Shown: positions 23,569 through 37,593 of the stretch, in pieces
Layout of the letters: each line of letters begins with the position of its first letter
How positions within the stretch are numbered: the stretch's first letter is position 1
Assembly (NCBI RefSeq): GCF_001447785.1
Contig: NW_015163678.1
Span: 143,410-207,409 of the forward strand
Reading direction: 5' to 3'
DNA: 64,000 bases
From: Gekko japonicus
Taxonomy: Eukaryota
Program-made: the position numbers and the translations under genes
The notes under the pieces: model-generated
Told to the model about the DNA's origin: nothing
The model's database searches: none
What the model saw: only the letters and a program-made list of their open reading frames with translations

Positions 23569-24410
23569 TGTGACAAACTGTGAAGGGTTAATGCCTCACA
23601 GAGCCCGACAGCCTTGCATGACAGGCTGCTCAAAGGGATTTGATTAGTGCCAGTTGTGCAGAAAGACTTGGGAACTGACTGCTGAAGAGAACTCAGTTTA
23701 GCCCTGACTGAGAACTGGAACAGTTTAGCCCTGACTGAGAACAGTTTAGCACTGAAAGAGATCTGGGAAGGTTGGCAAGGAGGACTGGGTGGATCATTTG
23801 GGTCATAAAAACCCCCATTTGGGCCATAAAAATGGATAGATCTTCTAGTTAGAGAAGTGATTCCCTGCCCAGTTGGAAAGGGAGATAGCTCAAAGAGTGG
23901 AATGATCCCTGGTGGTTTAGAGAAGGAATTTGGGTGCTTGGTAGTATATCCCTGCCTTCTGAAACTTGAAGAGTCAGTTTAACACAAGAAAGTGAACTGG
24001 AGTGTTTAGGAAACACTGAAACCAAAGCCTCTCATCTCTAAGATTCTAAGACTTTGTGAAAAGCTTTAAACTCTCACTTGCTGGAAACATATGAATGTGA
24101 AATTACTAAGTTACCTCAGAGTTTATTATAGATTTGCCTCAGACATTTCACCCCAGGTTTCACCTGACCTTTCCCCCTCTACATTGAATAAAATAATTTC
24201 TTTATTATTTCTAAAGCCTCTTGTGTGCCATTTTCAGAAGTTTAAGTTAAAGAGGTGATCTTGTCTCTTCCCTCAAGTGCTGAGTCAGCAGCGAAATACA
24301 ATTAAGTCAAAGGGTGGGACAACCAGAAAACTTCAGAAAAGAAGAAAATAGATACGGGGGCTGCTCAGCCAGAAAGTAAGGAAAAATGGAGGGAAAATCC
24401 TGCTTGTGAG
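23569..24410 (+). mobile_element. Probable LTR with an internal AACAGTTTAGCCCTGACTGAG tandem (~23690-23755)
   Basis: Starts TGTGACAAAC, AATAAA at ~24187, internal tandem repeat; 3' end unresolved. Confidence 0.4.
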
Positions 24411-27400
24411 GGAGGGAATGGGGCTAGGTTGCCTCCGTTAATTCCAGGCCCTCATGGCTTGGATCACTCATGGCACTTCTACAAGGAAAATTATTTCTAC
24501 CCATGCAGGGTAACTTCCTCACCTTCTCTCTCATGTTTCACCAAATGCTGCTCTGTGGTTGGAAATCTTTTTGGCCTTGAAAATGTGCAGGATCCAAGCC
24601 CCTGTTTTGTATCTATGTGCTGTGACTGAACAGTATCACTATGCTGCTCATCTGCTTCTGCGATTAGAATATTAGCATGATTTTTTTTAAAAAAGATCCC
24701 CTGTTTCAGAGATATTGACTTTCACTTGGCTGAGAGACCACTTTAGGAAACATTCACTAAGAACCTCTTCTATCCTGTTCTCACTGACTCTGATGCATTT
24801 TGTCTGAGTAGCAAATGTTTGTTAACATTTTAACATTTCTCTAATTCATTTATATTATGCTTTTTAATAGTTATCGGCCAGTTTTCAACCACATGGGAAA
24901 AACTTATCTGTGGTGACAGACTGTGCATAAGATTGAGGAGAACTGTAGATTCATTGGAAGGGTCACCAACTTTGGAAAAAGCTATAGAATGGCTGAGGGA
25001 CTGGAGAGGGGGTGGGTTCAAAGTTACATATTCTGCTTGCATGATTTCATAGTCCTGAATTTCATAACAATACATTTCATAGCATATAGGATGTCTTCTA
25101 CACTGTATGACAGTGATGTACAAACTGTAGCTCTGGAATAAAATCTTTAAATTAAAAAGAAGAGTTGGTTTTTATACCCCTGCTCTCTCACTACCCGAAG
25201 GAGTCTTGGAGTGGTTTACAATCTCCTTTTCTTTTTCTCCCCACAACAGACACCCTGTGAGGTAGGTGAGGCTGAGAGAGCTCTGAGAGAGCTGTGACTA
25301 ATCCAAAGTCACCCTGCTGACTTCATGTGGAGGAGTGGGAATCAAACCTGGTTCTCCAGATTAGAGGCCACCGCTTTTAACTATTCAAATGCCTAATTAA
25401 GGAGAAGGCGGGATGCTAAAATATCCAGTAAGTGAAGGAACTGGATTTTTATGGGATTAATGGCTATTTTAGAGATGCTTCATGGAAATTGAAATGATAA
25501 GGATGAATAGTTGCCAGGGCAAATCATGCACAGTTTTATGCCAGTGTACTAAAACAACTGTGCAGGGTGCTCCTGGGTATATTTGTGCCATTCTTAATAA
25601 AGGACTCACAACAACCAGTGCATGGGCTGCAGAAACTTTAATATGCCAGTTATCAGTAATTTTAAATTGTATATTTTCACTTATGCAAATTGGCTTTCTT
25701 ATACTGGCTCTTTGAGATCTCTTCCTCTAAATTTTGTTGCAGCTAGGCTGTTTAATCACAAAATTGTGTGTATACGGCTAAAGCTGCTGTCCTATGCCCA
25801 AGCAGATGTTAGATGAGTCCACTGATTGAAGTGGGACTTGAAGTGGAACAAATATAAATAAATAAATAAATCGGCAGGACTGTGCTGCCTATGGTCCTCA
25901 GCACTCTTGATTAGGACACCATGTGACTTACTTCTGAGTAAATATTTCTTTTTTATTTATAATTTGTCCAATGTGGTATGAATCTAATTCTGGCCACTTT
26001 TACGTGGAATAGTGCATGAAGCTGATTTATGTTTAATCAGGCCATTGGTTTACCAGGGTCAGTACTGTTTATTCTGATTGGTGGTTGCTCTTTGGAGTCT
26101 GATGCAGATGTCTTTCGTATCCCCTCTGACCTGATCATTTTAGGCAGAGATAACAGGGGTTGAATGCTGTATCACTGACCCACTCATCACTGACTTCAGC
26201 AAGGCTTAGGGTAAAAACTATGTATGACTTAAGTGCTGTCAAACTGCTTCTGACATATGGTGACTGTATGAATTAATGACCTCCCAAAGGTCCTATTGTT
26301 AACAGCCTTGCTCAGGTTTGGTGAAACACCATCAGAAATTGCCAAAATATAAGCTGTATTTAACAAATATAAAGTTGGTGGTGTCACAACAACAAAATAA
26401 AGGCATAAGATACAATGTTTCCTCCTTAGAAGATAAGACGTAAAGTCCATGTAATCAGTAGAACTTGATAGGAGGAGTCCACATAGTCATAACATTTTCC
26501 AAACAGCCTTTGCAAAGACGCCCGCTCTAGATACTTAAAAGATGCGTTTTCTTCAACTTCTTCAGTTTGCCGGCTGTGTAGGTGGAGCCTGATTTCAACA
26601 ATTTCAACAGACCACAAGGTTCATAGTGTAAAGAGCAAATCATAGGTTGAGTTTTTTGGGTTAAATGTAAACAGTCCCACTTTGGAGCTGCACATGCATA
26701 GAATACTGGGACGCAGCTTCAAAGTGGGGCAAATTACTCCCCTAGACTGGTTTGGCTCTTGAAAATTGTAGGTGGGAGGAAGGCAGGAGCCCATCCTCCC
26801 TTCCAGTATCATTCTGAGCTTAACCGGGCTCTTCCTGTGCACTATAAAAATTCTCCACAGTTGCTGCATGACTGCAGGGGAAGTGAGTTGGGTCTAGGGA
26901 ATCTGCACCTGCCTGGCCAAAATTCATAACGTACAGTTTTGCCCTGAATTTTCAGGTTAATGTTCCAAAGTGCTGCCTAAATGTGTTCATCTGCAATACT
27001 GACTAACAAGTGTAGGGTCTAGGGTTGCCAGCCTTCAAGTGGGGCCTGGAGGTCTCTTGGAATTACAGCTGATCTCTGGACTACAGAAATCAGTTCCCCT
27101 GGAGGAAATGGCCACTTCAAAGGGTACCCTGCATGAGGTCCCTCCTCAGGCTCTACCCCCAAATCTCAAGGACTTTTCCAACCTGGGATTGGCAGCCCTA
27201 ACAGGGCCAGATCCTTAAAATGCTGCAGAATTCATTATTTGCTTAATGAAGAATTCTAGAGCTGATGGCTTGTAGAATATAGCTCCCTAAGCAGAAAATG
27301 TAACAAGAGTAACACATCCACATTTTATATGCAAACGATAAAACATTTTATAAAATAACTGGTAACAGAAGAAAAGAAGAAAGCTTTCTTTTGCTTGCAG

Positions 27401-27419
27401 GCACTGAAGCAGAACAACT

Positions 27420-27795
27420 CTCTGGACCTAACAACATCAACTACTATACTATTTCAGGCTTATTCACAAGCTCATCTTTTAACATTGTATATGCCATTAG
27501 ATCCCAACAATGCCCTTCAGTTCTCTACATAGGGCAAGCAGGTCAAACCCTATGCCAAAGGATAAATGGATACCAATCTGACATCAAGAATCACAAGACT
27601 GAGAACCTGTAGGAGAACACTCCAGCCTTCCAGAACATTCAATGGGTAACCTCAAAGTAGCTGTTTTATTGCAAAGGAACTTCAGGAATAGGCTAGAAAG
27701 GGAAATTGCTGAGTTGCAAGTTATTACAACACTCAGAACAATGGAAACCCTAGGACTTAACAGGGATATTGGTTTCTTATCTCATTATTTATGCT
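27420..27795 (+). mobile_element. Penelope-like (Neptune-type) GIY-YIG endonuclease fragment, frameshifted
   Basis: Translates NIVYAIRSQQCPSVLYIGQAGQTL...HSMGNLKVAVL...GLNRDIGFLSHY. Confidence 0.85.
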
Positions 27796-27829
27796 TAGCT
27801 CATTATGCTTAAATCATGTAAAGACCACA

Positions 27830-28330
27830 TCAACGAGTCTTTAGTATCTATTCTAAATCAATCACTAACTCAGGACACCGTTTCTCAGCCCCTCAAAGAG
27901 GCGGTTATTTGTCCACTAATTTAAAAAATCCCAATAATCCCCACAGAAAAATGACATGGCCTATCACTGTTTCTCTAATCTGCCTTTACTGGACAAAGTG
28001 AGTGAGAGAGCAGTAGAAGACTCATCTAGTCTGGAGCCTTTTCTGTCTAGTTTCAGACTCGTCTATGGGACAGAGACAGCTCTGCTGGCTTTTGTTGATG
28101 AACTGGAGTTATCTGCAACATTTGATAAAGTAGACCATGCTATCTTGTTGAAATGCTTGGAGGCAAAAGTAAGCATCGGGATTTGTGCATTGGACTGGTT
28201 TAAATCATTCCTCATTGACTGTACTCAAAGAATTACCATTGGAGACCAGTTATCATCAGTGTGGGACCTATCCTGTGGGGTTTCACAGGGCACAATCCTA
28301 TCCCCTCATGCTCTTCAATTCAATTCAATT
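27830..28330 (+). mobile_element. Degenerate L2 RT fragment
   Basis: SNLPLLDKVSERAV and LSATFDKVDHAILL motifs with stops and deletions. Confidence 0.75.
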
Positions 28331-28689
28331 CAATTCAATTCAAAGTAAAGCCCTTAGGCCAATCTTTCATTGTTTTGGACTTGGCTGTCAAACTAGCTCA
28401 AACAGCCCTTGCAGTTCCCTACCCCAGGATCATAGACCATTGTCATGGGTCCATCTTTACCCTGTACCCCCTGCAGCAGAATTTGGGGCAACATGACAAT
28501 GTGCAGCAGGAAGGGGGAGGTGGGCGAGTTCTATTACATGAAAACTATTTGCAATGTAATACTTAGGATCTACTCCATAACACTGAGGTATTGTGCATCT
28601 TGTCAATCAGATGTTTAAATCACAGACTAAATCGAACAATATATGTTGGTTCATGTTTTAAGCAGCAACACAGACAAAAGAATTGTACA

Positions 28690-29575
28690 GTTAGATTCGA
28701 GTCCAGTAGTGCCTTAGAGACCAACAAAAGTCTTCGAGAGTCAAAGCTCCCTTCATCAGAAATGAGTGGGAATGGAGATCTCTGCTTCTTTATATACTAG
28801 ACAGGAGGTGGGAAGGGTGTTGTAAAGATGGAATCAGGATCTAATGGTACAATGCATATTGTAATCAGTTTGATTAGATCAGAGGGGAAATGCTTGGGGG
28901 CAGAAAATTAGCATTTGTAATGAGATAAGAATTAGGGGTGGGTATGGACCAAAAAAATTCAGGCCCGTGGAGGTTAGTTGTTCGAGGGGGTTATGAACCA
29001 TGTACCTCCATGGACTGTCCTGTTTAATGGACCGGGTTGTGGTTTGTTGGGTTTGTGAAGGGAAGGCATTCAAAATGCTCTCTCTTCACTCACTGAAGTG
29101 CACTTCCAGGATTGCCTTCCCTTCACTCCTGGAAGCATGCCACCACTGGGGTGTGACTGGGTAAGGGAAGAAGACGCAATTAAACATGCCCCCCTTCACT
29201 CTCTAAAGTTGCAACCCAGTGGTGGCATGCTTCCAGAAGTGAAGGGAAGGCAATTTGTGCCTCAGCAAGGGAAGGGTAGGCAATCTCCTGTTGCCTTGGC
29301 AATCATTGTTGCCAGCATGTCTGGCTCGCAGTCTGTTCCCACAGACCAAGCAAACCTCCATGGGAAACATGGCGGTCCGTGGGTGGTTTGCGAGAGTGAC
29401 ACGATTGCATGGATCAGACTCATGGACCACGAACCAGACTCCAGTCCATGATGAAATTTGGTCTGTGAGCTGGTCTGTGTCCATTCCTAATAAGAATCCT
29501 ATGTCCCTGTTTTGGCCTAGGGTGTCCATTGTTCTGAACTTGTGAATTAACTCAAGTTCAGAATTGTACAATGAA
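28690..29575 (-). mobile_element. Penelope-like 3' fragment split by a MITE
   Basis: ELIHKFRTMDTLGQNRDIGFL (29575-29490) rejoins SHYKC (28924 leftward) once the MITE is removed; decayed hammerhead-like CTGATGAAGGGAGC...CTCTCGAAG near 28735-28760. Confidence 0.75.
28933..29489. mobile_element. hAT-type MITE (557 bp); related copy at 63275-63668
   Basis: Imperfect TIR TAGGGGTGGGTA / TGTCCATTCCTA; perfect 8-bp TSD ATAAGAAT (28925-28932, 29490-29497). Confidence 0.82.
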
Positions 29576-30546
29576 TTTAAAGTTGATGCTTTGGACTCAT
29601 GCTATTGGTTTTAAGAGTTGATGTTCAGAGACTGGCCTAAGACATTTGGGAGAAAATCTGATTAGCACTTCCCATGCTACTAATGAGCATAAGGGACAAT
29701 CCACAAAGGTTCATGGAAATGAACAGAAATTTCACAAGGGTACTCTCATCTGTTTGTTTCTCACTGTGCCATTCTTAATGGCAGCCCAAATCCCAGCAGT
29801 TGAGATGGGGTCCTTGTCTCATGGAATGGCCATCTCTGTCCTTAGGAGTAAGTACCTATTCAGATGAACATTCCCATTCTGTCCAAGCTCACTTCATTTG
29901 CCTCCATTTGGGAATAACGCTTGGCTAGGAGCCGACTGGCCATTTAACTTACAGAGAAAATACCTAGTAGGCCACTTCTTTTGACTCAGCCTGACCTGGT
30001 CAGTGGGTGGAGAAACTGATGTGACAAAGACTCCTTGTAGGAAGGAGGAGCCGGGGGAAGGGGGTCAGTTGACAAGTGGCTATTCCTCCAGGGGCGCACA
30101 AGGCAGTAAACAGTGCTCGTGGTGACCAGCTGCTGGGCAGCAGGAGACCCAGAGGCAAGGCCTCAGAACTTGGATGGGAACCTGGGAGTCCTGGCCCTCC
30201 CAGCAGGCAATTCCTACAAAGGTCAGGTGGTGGTGGCAGGTTACCGGAGAGAGAGAAAAACCTCTCCAGGTGTTGGGAAAACCTTGGAGGGCAGGGCAGG
30301 GCGGAACAGGGCCTGCAGCCCAGAGCAGGCCCATTCTGCCACACAACCAATAGGGAAAGGGAGATTATATTTCAAAAGATTAAGACAATTGAGTAATGTC
30401 TGCTGCCTTTCCCACTGAAGACAGATATATTGCTACATTAGAAAATATTGCAGATTTGTAGAAAGTGCTCATTTAATTAACGAATTAATTACATTGTTAT
30501 TCTGCCCTTCCTCCAAGGACACCAGGATGGTGTCCGTGCCCCTCAC

Positions 30547-30752
30547 CACTGTTCCCTCTAAGCTGAGTTAGTGTGAGCTAGCTCACAGTTTTTTAGCCTC
30601 CGACTCACCCATTTTCGTCTCAGCTCAGGAAGGAGGGCTCCAGAGCAAACTAACTTATGCAGTAGCCAGATTGCTCGCTCACAACTTTAATGCCAGTAGC
30701 TCACCAAGTAGCATTTTTGCTCACAAGACTCCACAGCTTAGAGGGAACATTG
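30547..30752. mobile_element. hAT-type MITE (206 bp)
   Basis: TIR CACTGTTCCCTCTAAGCTG / CAGCTTAGAGGGAACATTG; 8-bp TSD CCCCTCAC. Confidence 0.88.
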
Positions 30753-31693
30753 CCCCTCACCCTGTTTTAACCTTACAATAACCCGAAGTAAGTTAGGCTG
30801 ACTGATCCAAGATTACCCAAGAAGCTTTTCATGGTTTTGCACTGTGGTAAGTCTTTTTGTGGTATAAGTAACTGTCGAATTCTTAAATTGCCTTCTAAAC
30901 TATTGCAGAGAACAAAATGTTTTATCTGATGTTGCAACACCAGTGAATATAGTAAACTGGCTTGCCGCTGGCTTGTATTGTTGCTTATATTTACTTTTTC
31001 TGATTGCCATTTGATAGCCCTAGAATGACAATATAACACTTCCAAGGGAGGGGGGAAATCTGTTTGGGGCACAGATCAAGAATAGAAAAGTATTGTTCTG
31101 ATGATTGTCACAGCTGGGTTTTCTGAGGAGATGTGGCAAGGAGTTAAAGATTTCTGTAGGCATCTGACAAAACAATTACCATAATTCATCTCCCCAGACT
31201 GAAGGAGAAAGGAAAACACCTAGGGTGTTGAGAGAGATTTCACTGAGGAGAATGGCAACACAGCTTTATTTATTTGAGTATTTATATACCCCACTTTTTT
31301 CCAATAGTGGGTAGCAACAACAAATTAAATATAAAAGTAATCATCTATTCAAATTATTCAAGGAAATCATTAAAACAGATAAGAGACATGTGTAACTTCA
31401 GGCTTTCCCATAAGCTCTTTTAAATAGCTCTATCTTATGGCCTCATGGGAAGGCCCAGAGATAGGGGCCTGACACAGCCCTTCTGGAATGCTGTTTCACA
31501 GCGCTGGGCAACAACAGAAAATGTCTGTGCCTGAGCCATAGCGACCATACCCTTGGGGGTGGGGGCTGCTGGAAACCTTACTATAGTAGTAATAGATTCA
31601 GGTGGGTGACTGTGTTAGTATGAAGCAACAGAACACAGTTTGAGACCAGTAGTACTTTTAAGACCAATAAATTTTAATTCTGGGTATAAGCTT

Positions 31694-32012
31694 GGACTGT
31701 CCCTTGGACTGCAAGAAGATCAAATCAGTCAATCCTAAAAGAAATCAACCCTGACTGTTCCCTGGAAGGCCAGATAATGAAACTGAAGCTCAAATACTTT
31801 GGCCACCAAATGAGAAGGGAGCACTCACTGGGAAAGATTGAAAGTCAAAGAAGACGGGGACGGCAAAGGATGAGATGGTTAGACAGCGTCATCGATGCAA
31901 CGAACATGAAATTGAGCCAACCTCAGAGGACGGCGGAAAACAGGAGGGCCTGGTGAGATCTTGTCCATGGGGTCATGAAGAGTCAGACTCGACTGTGCGA
32001 CTGAACAACAAA
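31694..32012 (+). mobile_element. BovB 3' end inserted in a Penelope fragment
   Basis: CCCTTGGACTGCAAGAAGATCAAATCAGTCAATCCTAAAAGAAATCAACCCTGA...GACTGAACAACAAAAA, the BovB 3' terminus. Confidence 0.85.
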
Positions 32013-35000
32013 AATAAGTTTTCATGCGCATGTGAAAGCTTATACGCAGAATTAGACTTTCTTGGTCTTAAAGGTGCCACTGGGCTCAAACTTTGTTCTG
32101 TGGTGGTAATAGTATGGCTTATACATAAATGAGCCAAAGGTGCTGCCCCCCAGTACTCCTCTTTTTAAGTGTGCATTTTAAAAATATCCTCTTTCCCTCA
32201 GAAGCATACACACACACACACACAAACGAACCTGCAATAACTCACTTCTCATTTTCTCACATGGGCTAAATAGCTCAGGCTTTTACCTCTGCTGCCTCCA
32301 TTTTAAAGAGCTCAGGAGTAATTTTGAAGCTCTCCTAATATTTTCTAGCAGACAATACTGTTTATGCTGGCGGAATTGTGCCTCAGAAACTCTGCTGTTG
32401 GTAAGGTAAGTGCACTGTCACCGTGTTGCAGCTGTGGAAACAGCTTGCATGAATGTGGGATACCAAATTTCAGGGCCAAGGATGGTTTTTAAGTTTCCAG
32501 TGAGGAATCTCTTTTTGCCAAAGCATCAAAACATTAAAATATATGTTAATGTTATTCTCCAGCATGAGTCTACAGATATAAAACAGTAACAAACAAAACT
32601 TTGTTGAACCAAAAGCAAGCCTGGGGAAGATCAAAACCTGGGGAAACCCTGGGAGGTACACAAATGCACGAGGATGCTGTGGGGAAGCAGGAGAAGAAAG
32701 CCACTTCCCAGAAGTATCATACCTGGGGCAAATAAGCCATTGGAAGCATCTATTAAAAAGCACTGGTTTTGCTGCAATCACTCTGTGGTTGCAAGAACAG
32801 TATGACTTGCAAACATTATTTTCTCTTTTCTTCAGCATCCATCGTAATATCCTCTGATGGCAGCTCCAGTGCTATATGGGGGGCTTTTGCAGAAAGACTG
32901 TAGAGATAATCCTGTGTGAGCCCCCCCCCCCCACTGCTTTATAAATTACTAGCTCATTTTGTCCAGTAAAGGCTGAAGTCCATTCTTCTTTGAGGTACAA
33001 AACCTTCCCTGTCATTAGGAGCAGTGCTGCTCCACAGCTACTGAGCAAGGAATGTATTTTAAGATTCCAGAAGGCTCTTGGGCTGGAGGTGTGCGATTAG
33101 CAGTCAAGGGACCAGGTGTTGAGGAGTTAAGGATCAGAGCAGAAAAAAATTCTATTTGTCCTCAGATACTGCTGATATCCACCTATACAAGACGGTGGGA
33201 TCATAACACAACCAGCTGGATGAACACGAAAAAGCTGTAGTAAAAAAGGAACACAACTTGTTGTTTTTCCTGTTTTTTCAAAACCAAAAAAATATGTGCA
33301 AAGGAGTGAAGGTGAGAGAGAAAGATTTGGAGACTTTAGAAGCTTGAACTGGATTCTTTAATAGGATGTTATAGTGCAGCTGTATTAGGAAATCAGTCTA
33401 ATAGTTCTTTCTGTTGGTTTCAGTGAGAAAATGCATCTTTTCAGGTGTACCCCTTCACCCAAGGGATCCAGTCCCTGCCAAATTTCAGGCTGAATGGCGA
33501 AAGCATCCTGTTCCATAGGCAATTAAATATTTCACTTGCAGAGCGGTCACTGGGAGACATAAACTAGTGCTTGGTTAAGCCTTTCCTTCCTTTCCCAAGA
33601 TCCTCAAGTGGGCTATTGGGGTCTATTTTAAAAAAATCAAAAACAGAGTGTGCAGTACAGGGGAGCTAAATGCTGCTTCCAGCTTAATTTACTGTGTTCT
33701 GGTGCTTTCTGTATTTTTCTCCCAGGCTGGTTACAAGACTGGAACCAGTTGAACTGGAGGGGGAAAATTCTGGGAATATTTCAGCTGACATTGACTGGAC
33801 TGATAAGTGTGTTTACATTTAGGGGTAACATGGTCAAGGTCACTGTGGAGAGGTTCCAGCTGCATCAGACCGGGTCAGAACCAAGGTTCTGCCTTGTCTT
33901 CTGCTATTCTGGTTCACAGGTAAATTTCCATGTATTCCTGGCTATCAGATCAGGTATGTCTATTCAGGTCAATGCTGGTAGACCTAATGTGCTTACGTCA
34001 TAGGTCAGTCCTCTGCCAGGCCGATCTATTTCCTCCACAGGTTTGCCTTATGGTGCTGTAGCCTTGAAGGTCCATCCAATCATGAGTTGCTTAAACTTCA
34101 GATCCCACTTGAACTGCTGCTGAACAGCCAGACAAATAATGCACTGAAAATCAACCTCTGAGACCAGCTGCGCATTGCCAGCTGCTGAGCTCGGTTACAT
34201 GATAGGTAACCTGCAAGTACTTGCAGAGGGGATCTCACTTTCTCTTGCATCCCTTTCCACAATATTTCCTCTTTCCATTCTCCTTTATATCCTCACTTTT
34301 GCCTGCTTCCTTCTCTCTTTCCCAACTACTTACAAAACTAACATTTATCTGCCCCTCCTGCTATATTTATTATTTCTTTCCTTCATTTATACCCTGCCAT
34401 TCTCCACAATGGGGACCCAAAGCAACTTACATCATTCTCTCAATTTTATCCTCACAACAACTCTGTGAAGTTGGTAAGGCAGAGAATGTGTGACTGGCCT
34501 AAAGTCATCCTGTGAACTTCCATGGCAGGGTGGGGATTTTGACATGGGTCTTCCATATTCTAGTCTGAAACTCTATCCATTAATACACACTGACTTTTGT
34601 AGGGTGACTGCTGCTGAATAATAGCAAGCACCCAGTCCTGGATAAGTCATGAAAGTCATGTGGTATTGAGTTGCCTTATAGTTGATGCCAGGCCTAGCCT
34701 CAATGAGTCCTTCCTAAAAGAACAAAGCAACCCTGGAAAGGGCTCTGGCTCTCCACCTTGCCTTTTACTGACAGAAACAAAGGCTTGAAGGCTGGCAATA
34801 CTGTTGTTATTGCCTAGCAACAGTAACTGAAGGCATTTATTTTTAAAGCTATAGGCACTGCTTCTATCATTCTGGAGGGTTTTATCCCACAAATGTATTT
34901 TATTTAGATTTCAGGGCTTTTTCTTTCTTTCTTTCAAATCTGAGGCTTTTCTCACATTTGTAGAAAGACCTGTCTAGTTTGTCCATGACTGCTATCTCCA

Positions 35001-36137
35001 GATTTATATATCCACAGTTTTAGCCATGTTGAGAATTAGAACTTTGATTTTCCTTTCCTTATTCTTAAAGAAGGTTGCCGTCTTCATTTTGTTTGTACAT
35101 TTCAAGATCTTTATTATTGTTCCTGAATCCTTTCAGATTTTCATATTGCACCCCATCCTTCCTTACATTTGTTGCCCCAAATAAGAAAAAGTATGAAATG
35201 AATTCCTATCAGTGACCAGCAGAGTGGTACTAGTCATAGCATGCCTTTGATCAAGAGCATCTGTTCATGCCTTTTGGAAGAAAAAAAACCCCCTGTTAAA
35301 CTTCCAGCCACAATTTCTGCAGTTTTGTCAACAATGTCACTTCTTTTCAAAATGCAGTATTGCTTTAAGCAAACATCTAACACAAGACCCCTTCTTCTAA
35401 CAGTAGAAATAAAAGCTTATAGAAAAAAAGATTCCTTGCTTTGCAACAATGGACTAAGCACATCAAACAGGGGGGAAAGAAATTCACCATTGATCCTAGT
35501 AATTCAGCTTGTAAACCATCTCTGTGAGAAAGAACCTCTGACGCAGGCTCACCAGCCTTAACATCAAAACCACATTAACATGCATCTTTCATATTGCTCC
35601 ATGTTAATATTATTCTAAAGTAATTTTCTAACTTTACAAGCATTCTGCCTGAGCTTTTGGCATACTTGGACAGACAAGACTTTTTACTTTCTATCCCCCC
35701 CCCCCATTACTGACTTATTTTGCCTGGGCCTGTGCAATGCCACATCAACACTAGGAGGCAGGGTCACTCCATGCCTCTCATGCACAAGGCCACTGGCCAT
35801 CACCTTGCAGCTGGCAGCTACTACGCTAGTGAAAGAAATGAGGACCTGGTTCCAAGAGAAGAGCAAGGGAATGAGCTGTCATCTTGAATTATCACTGGGA
35901 CTAGAGTGCTGATTCCTATATTCTGTTGCTAATACACAGCAGGATTTAGGGTTATTGGTAGTATTGGCCTTATATAGACCCCAAAATTCAAAAGCTGCTT
36001 GCATGAACAAATGACACTTCCACTTGCTGAAGGAGGCAAGAAGAAGGAATATGTGGAAATAAAACACTTCCTGGTTTTGACAAATGCCCTCTTCTAGGTG
36101 CCCTCCCCGGCCATTCCTGAGAATTGCCCTAACCTTC

Positions 36138-36302
36138 AAGGATTATTATTTTTTTGTTGCAGGAGGCCACAGGTGGAAGGGAGAGAAGGGAAAGCACATT
36201 GCATGGCCTTACCTCCACTCTCACTGTTTTGGATCAAATCTGTTGTGTTTCTCTTCTGTACAATTACAGTAAAAGTTTTTTCTATTTTTTGTTCATTCAG
36301 TG
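36138..36302 (+). repeat. 165-bp direct repeat, left copy (putative long target-site duplication of the L1)
   Basis: AAGGATTATTATTTTTTTGTTGCAGG...GTTCATTCAGTG, identical by eye to 42199-42363 (offset 6061). Confidence 0.93.
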
Positions 36303-37008
36303 GTCCGTTTCCGGTCTTGCCGAGAGTGGACGCTCGCAGCTTTGCTGCCCGTCCATTGACTTTCTAATTGTCTTCTGGAGGAGAATTTACCACTCTCCCC
36401 CAATTTTCTCTCCTCGGAGGGGAGAGAGAGAAGCAAGGGGCTTCATTCCCAACCCAAAGTGAAGGCAGGCAACCTTTCTTGGAACTGGGAAAACGCCTCA
36501 ACGCGGGAGACCATAGAACGCCCGACGCTAGACGACGAGCTCAAGACACGACCAGAGGGAAACGAAGAGAGTTACCCAACAACAGAGAAAACACTGGACC
36601 ACCGAAGCTAAGTACCCCAATATCTTTAGAAAAATAGAACTAATTGTTGGCAGTAGTTATAAACCATAAAACCTTAACTAAACCGAAAAGTGAAAACCGA
36701 ACAAAGTAAAAGGGGACAGGTTCCCTTTAATTGGCCACAGCTGTTGCATCGGTCAAAGTAACACTAAAAAGAACCGGTTTAAAAAAAACAAACACGGAGT
36801 GATGTAACTCTGTTTGCTTTAAAGTAGATTACAGTAATCTTCAATCTAATAGCTTTAAATAATTACTTTAACTACTTCCACTAAAACGACTAGCTAGAAC
36901 CTGATTTTTTCTTTTTCTTTCTCTTCCCTCGTCCTTGGTGCAGAGACGGTCGGGCGGAGCGGCGGAGCTGTGGAGCTGTGGAGCTGCCGGGAAGTCAGAG
37001 AGGCGTTT

Positions 37009-37071
37009 GGATCGCGGAGGCGGCCGAGCGGATCGCGGAGGCGGCTGAGCGGATCGCGGAGGCGGCCGAGC
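37009..37071 (+). repeat. 3 x 21-bp tandem GGATCGCGGAGGCGGCYGAGC in the L1 5'UTR CpG island
   Basis: Units at 37009, 37030 and 37051; preceded by (GGAGCTGT)-like x3 at ~36964-36987. Confidence 0.92.
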
Positions 37072-37593
37072 TGGGCGGCGGTGCTCCGGCGGAGGAGTGG
37101 GCGGAGCTCGGAGCCGGTGACGCAACAGGGACGACGCAAACGGTGGCAGACAGAGTGGGGAATCAGACGTCAGCCTAAAACGCCGGCGCGTGCCTGCGTG
37201 TGCGTGTGCGCAGCAGCAAAGGAAGCAGAGGAACACCAGGTGAACGGTGCTAGGACCCAGAACGCTAGCCCGTCCAACAGAGCAGAGCAGAGCAGCGAAC
37301 GAAGAAGAAAGAGAATTGAGAAGAGGATGTTTAAAAGGGAAAAGCCTTAGAACTTAGTAGAAGCCTGGCTGATTTGAAAGACAAAAGTAGAGACAACCTG
37401 TTTAAGAGTCAGAAACGTTTTGATATATTGACAAAAATAGAAAGAACTGTCATATATAAATAATTGTATTTCTGATCTGGGGGAGAGAAAAATATACCTA
37501 TCTATAATTATATAATTAGTGCTAAATCAAAAATAAGGGTCTAGAGACAAAGGTTACTAGGGCCCAGAGATAAAGATCTGAAAAAAGTAGTAA

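Noticed and set aside
36868-37236. Antisense ORF0-like 122-aa ORF in the L1 5'UTR
   Set aside because: Non-ATG start, and its openness is explained by GC-rich 21-bp repeats.
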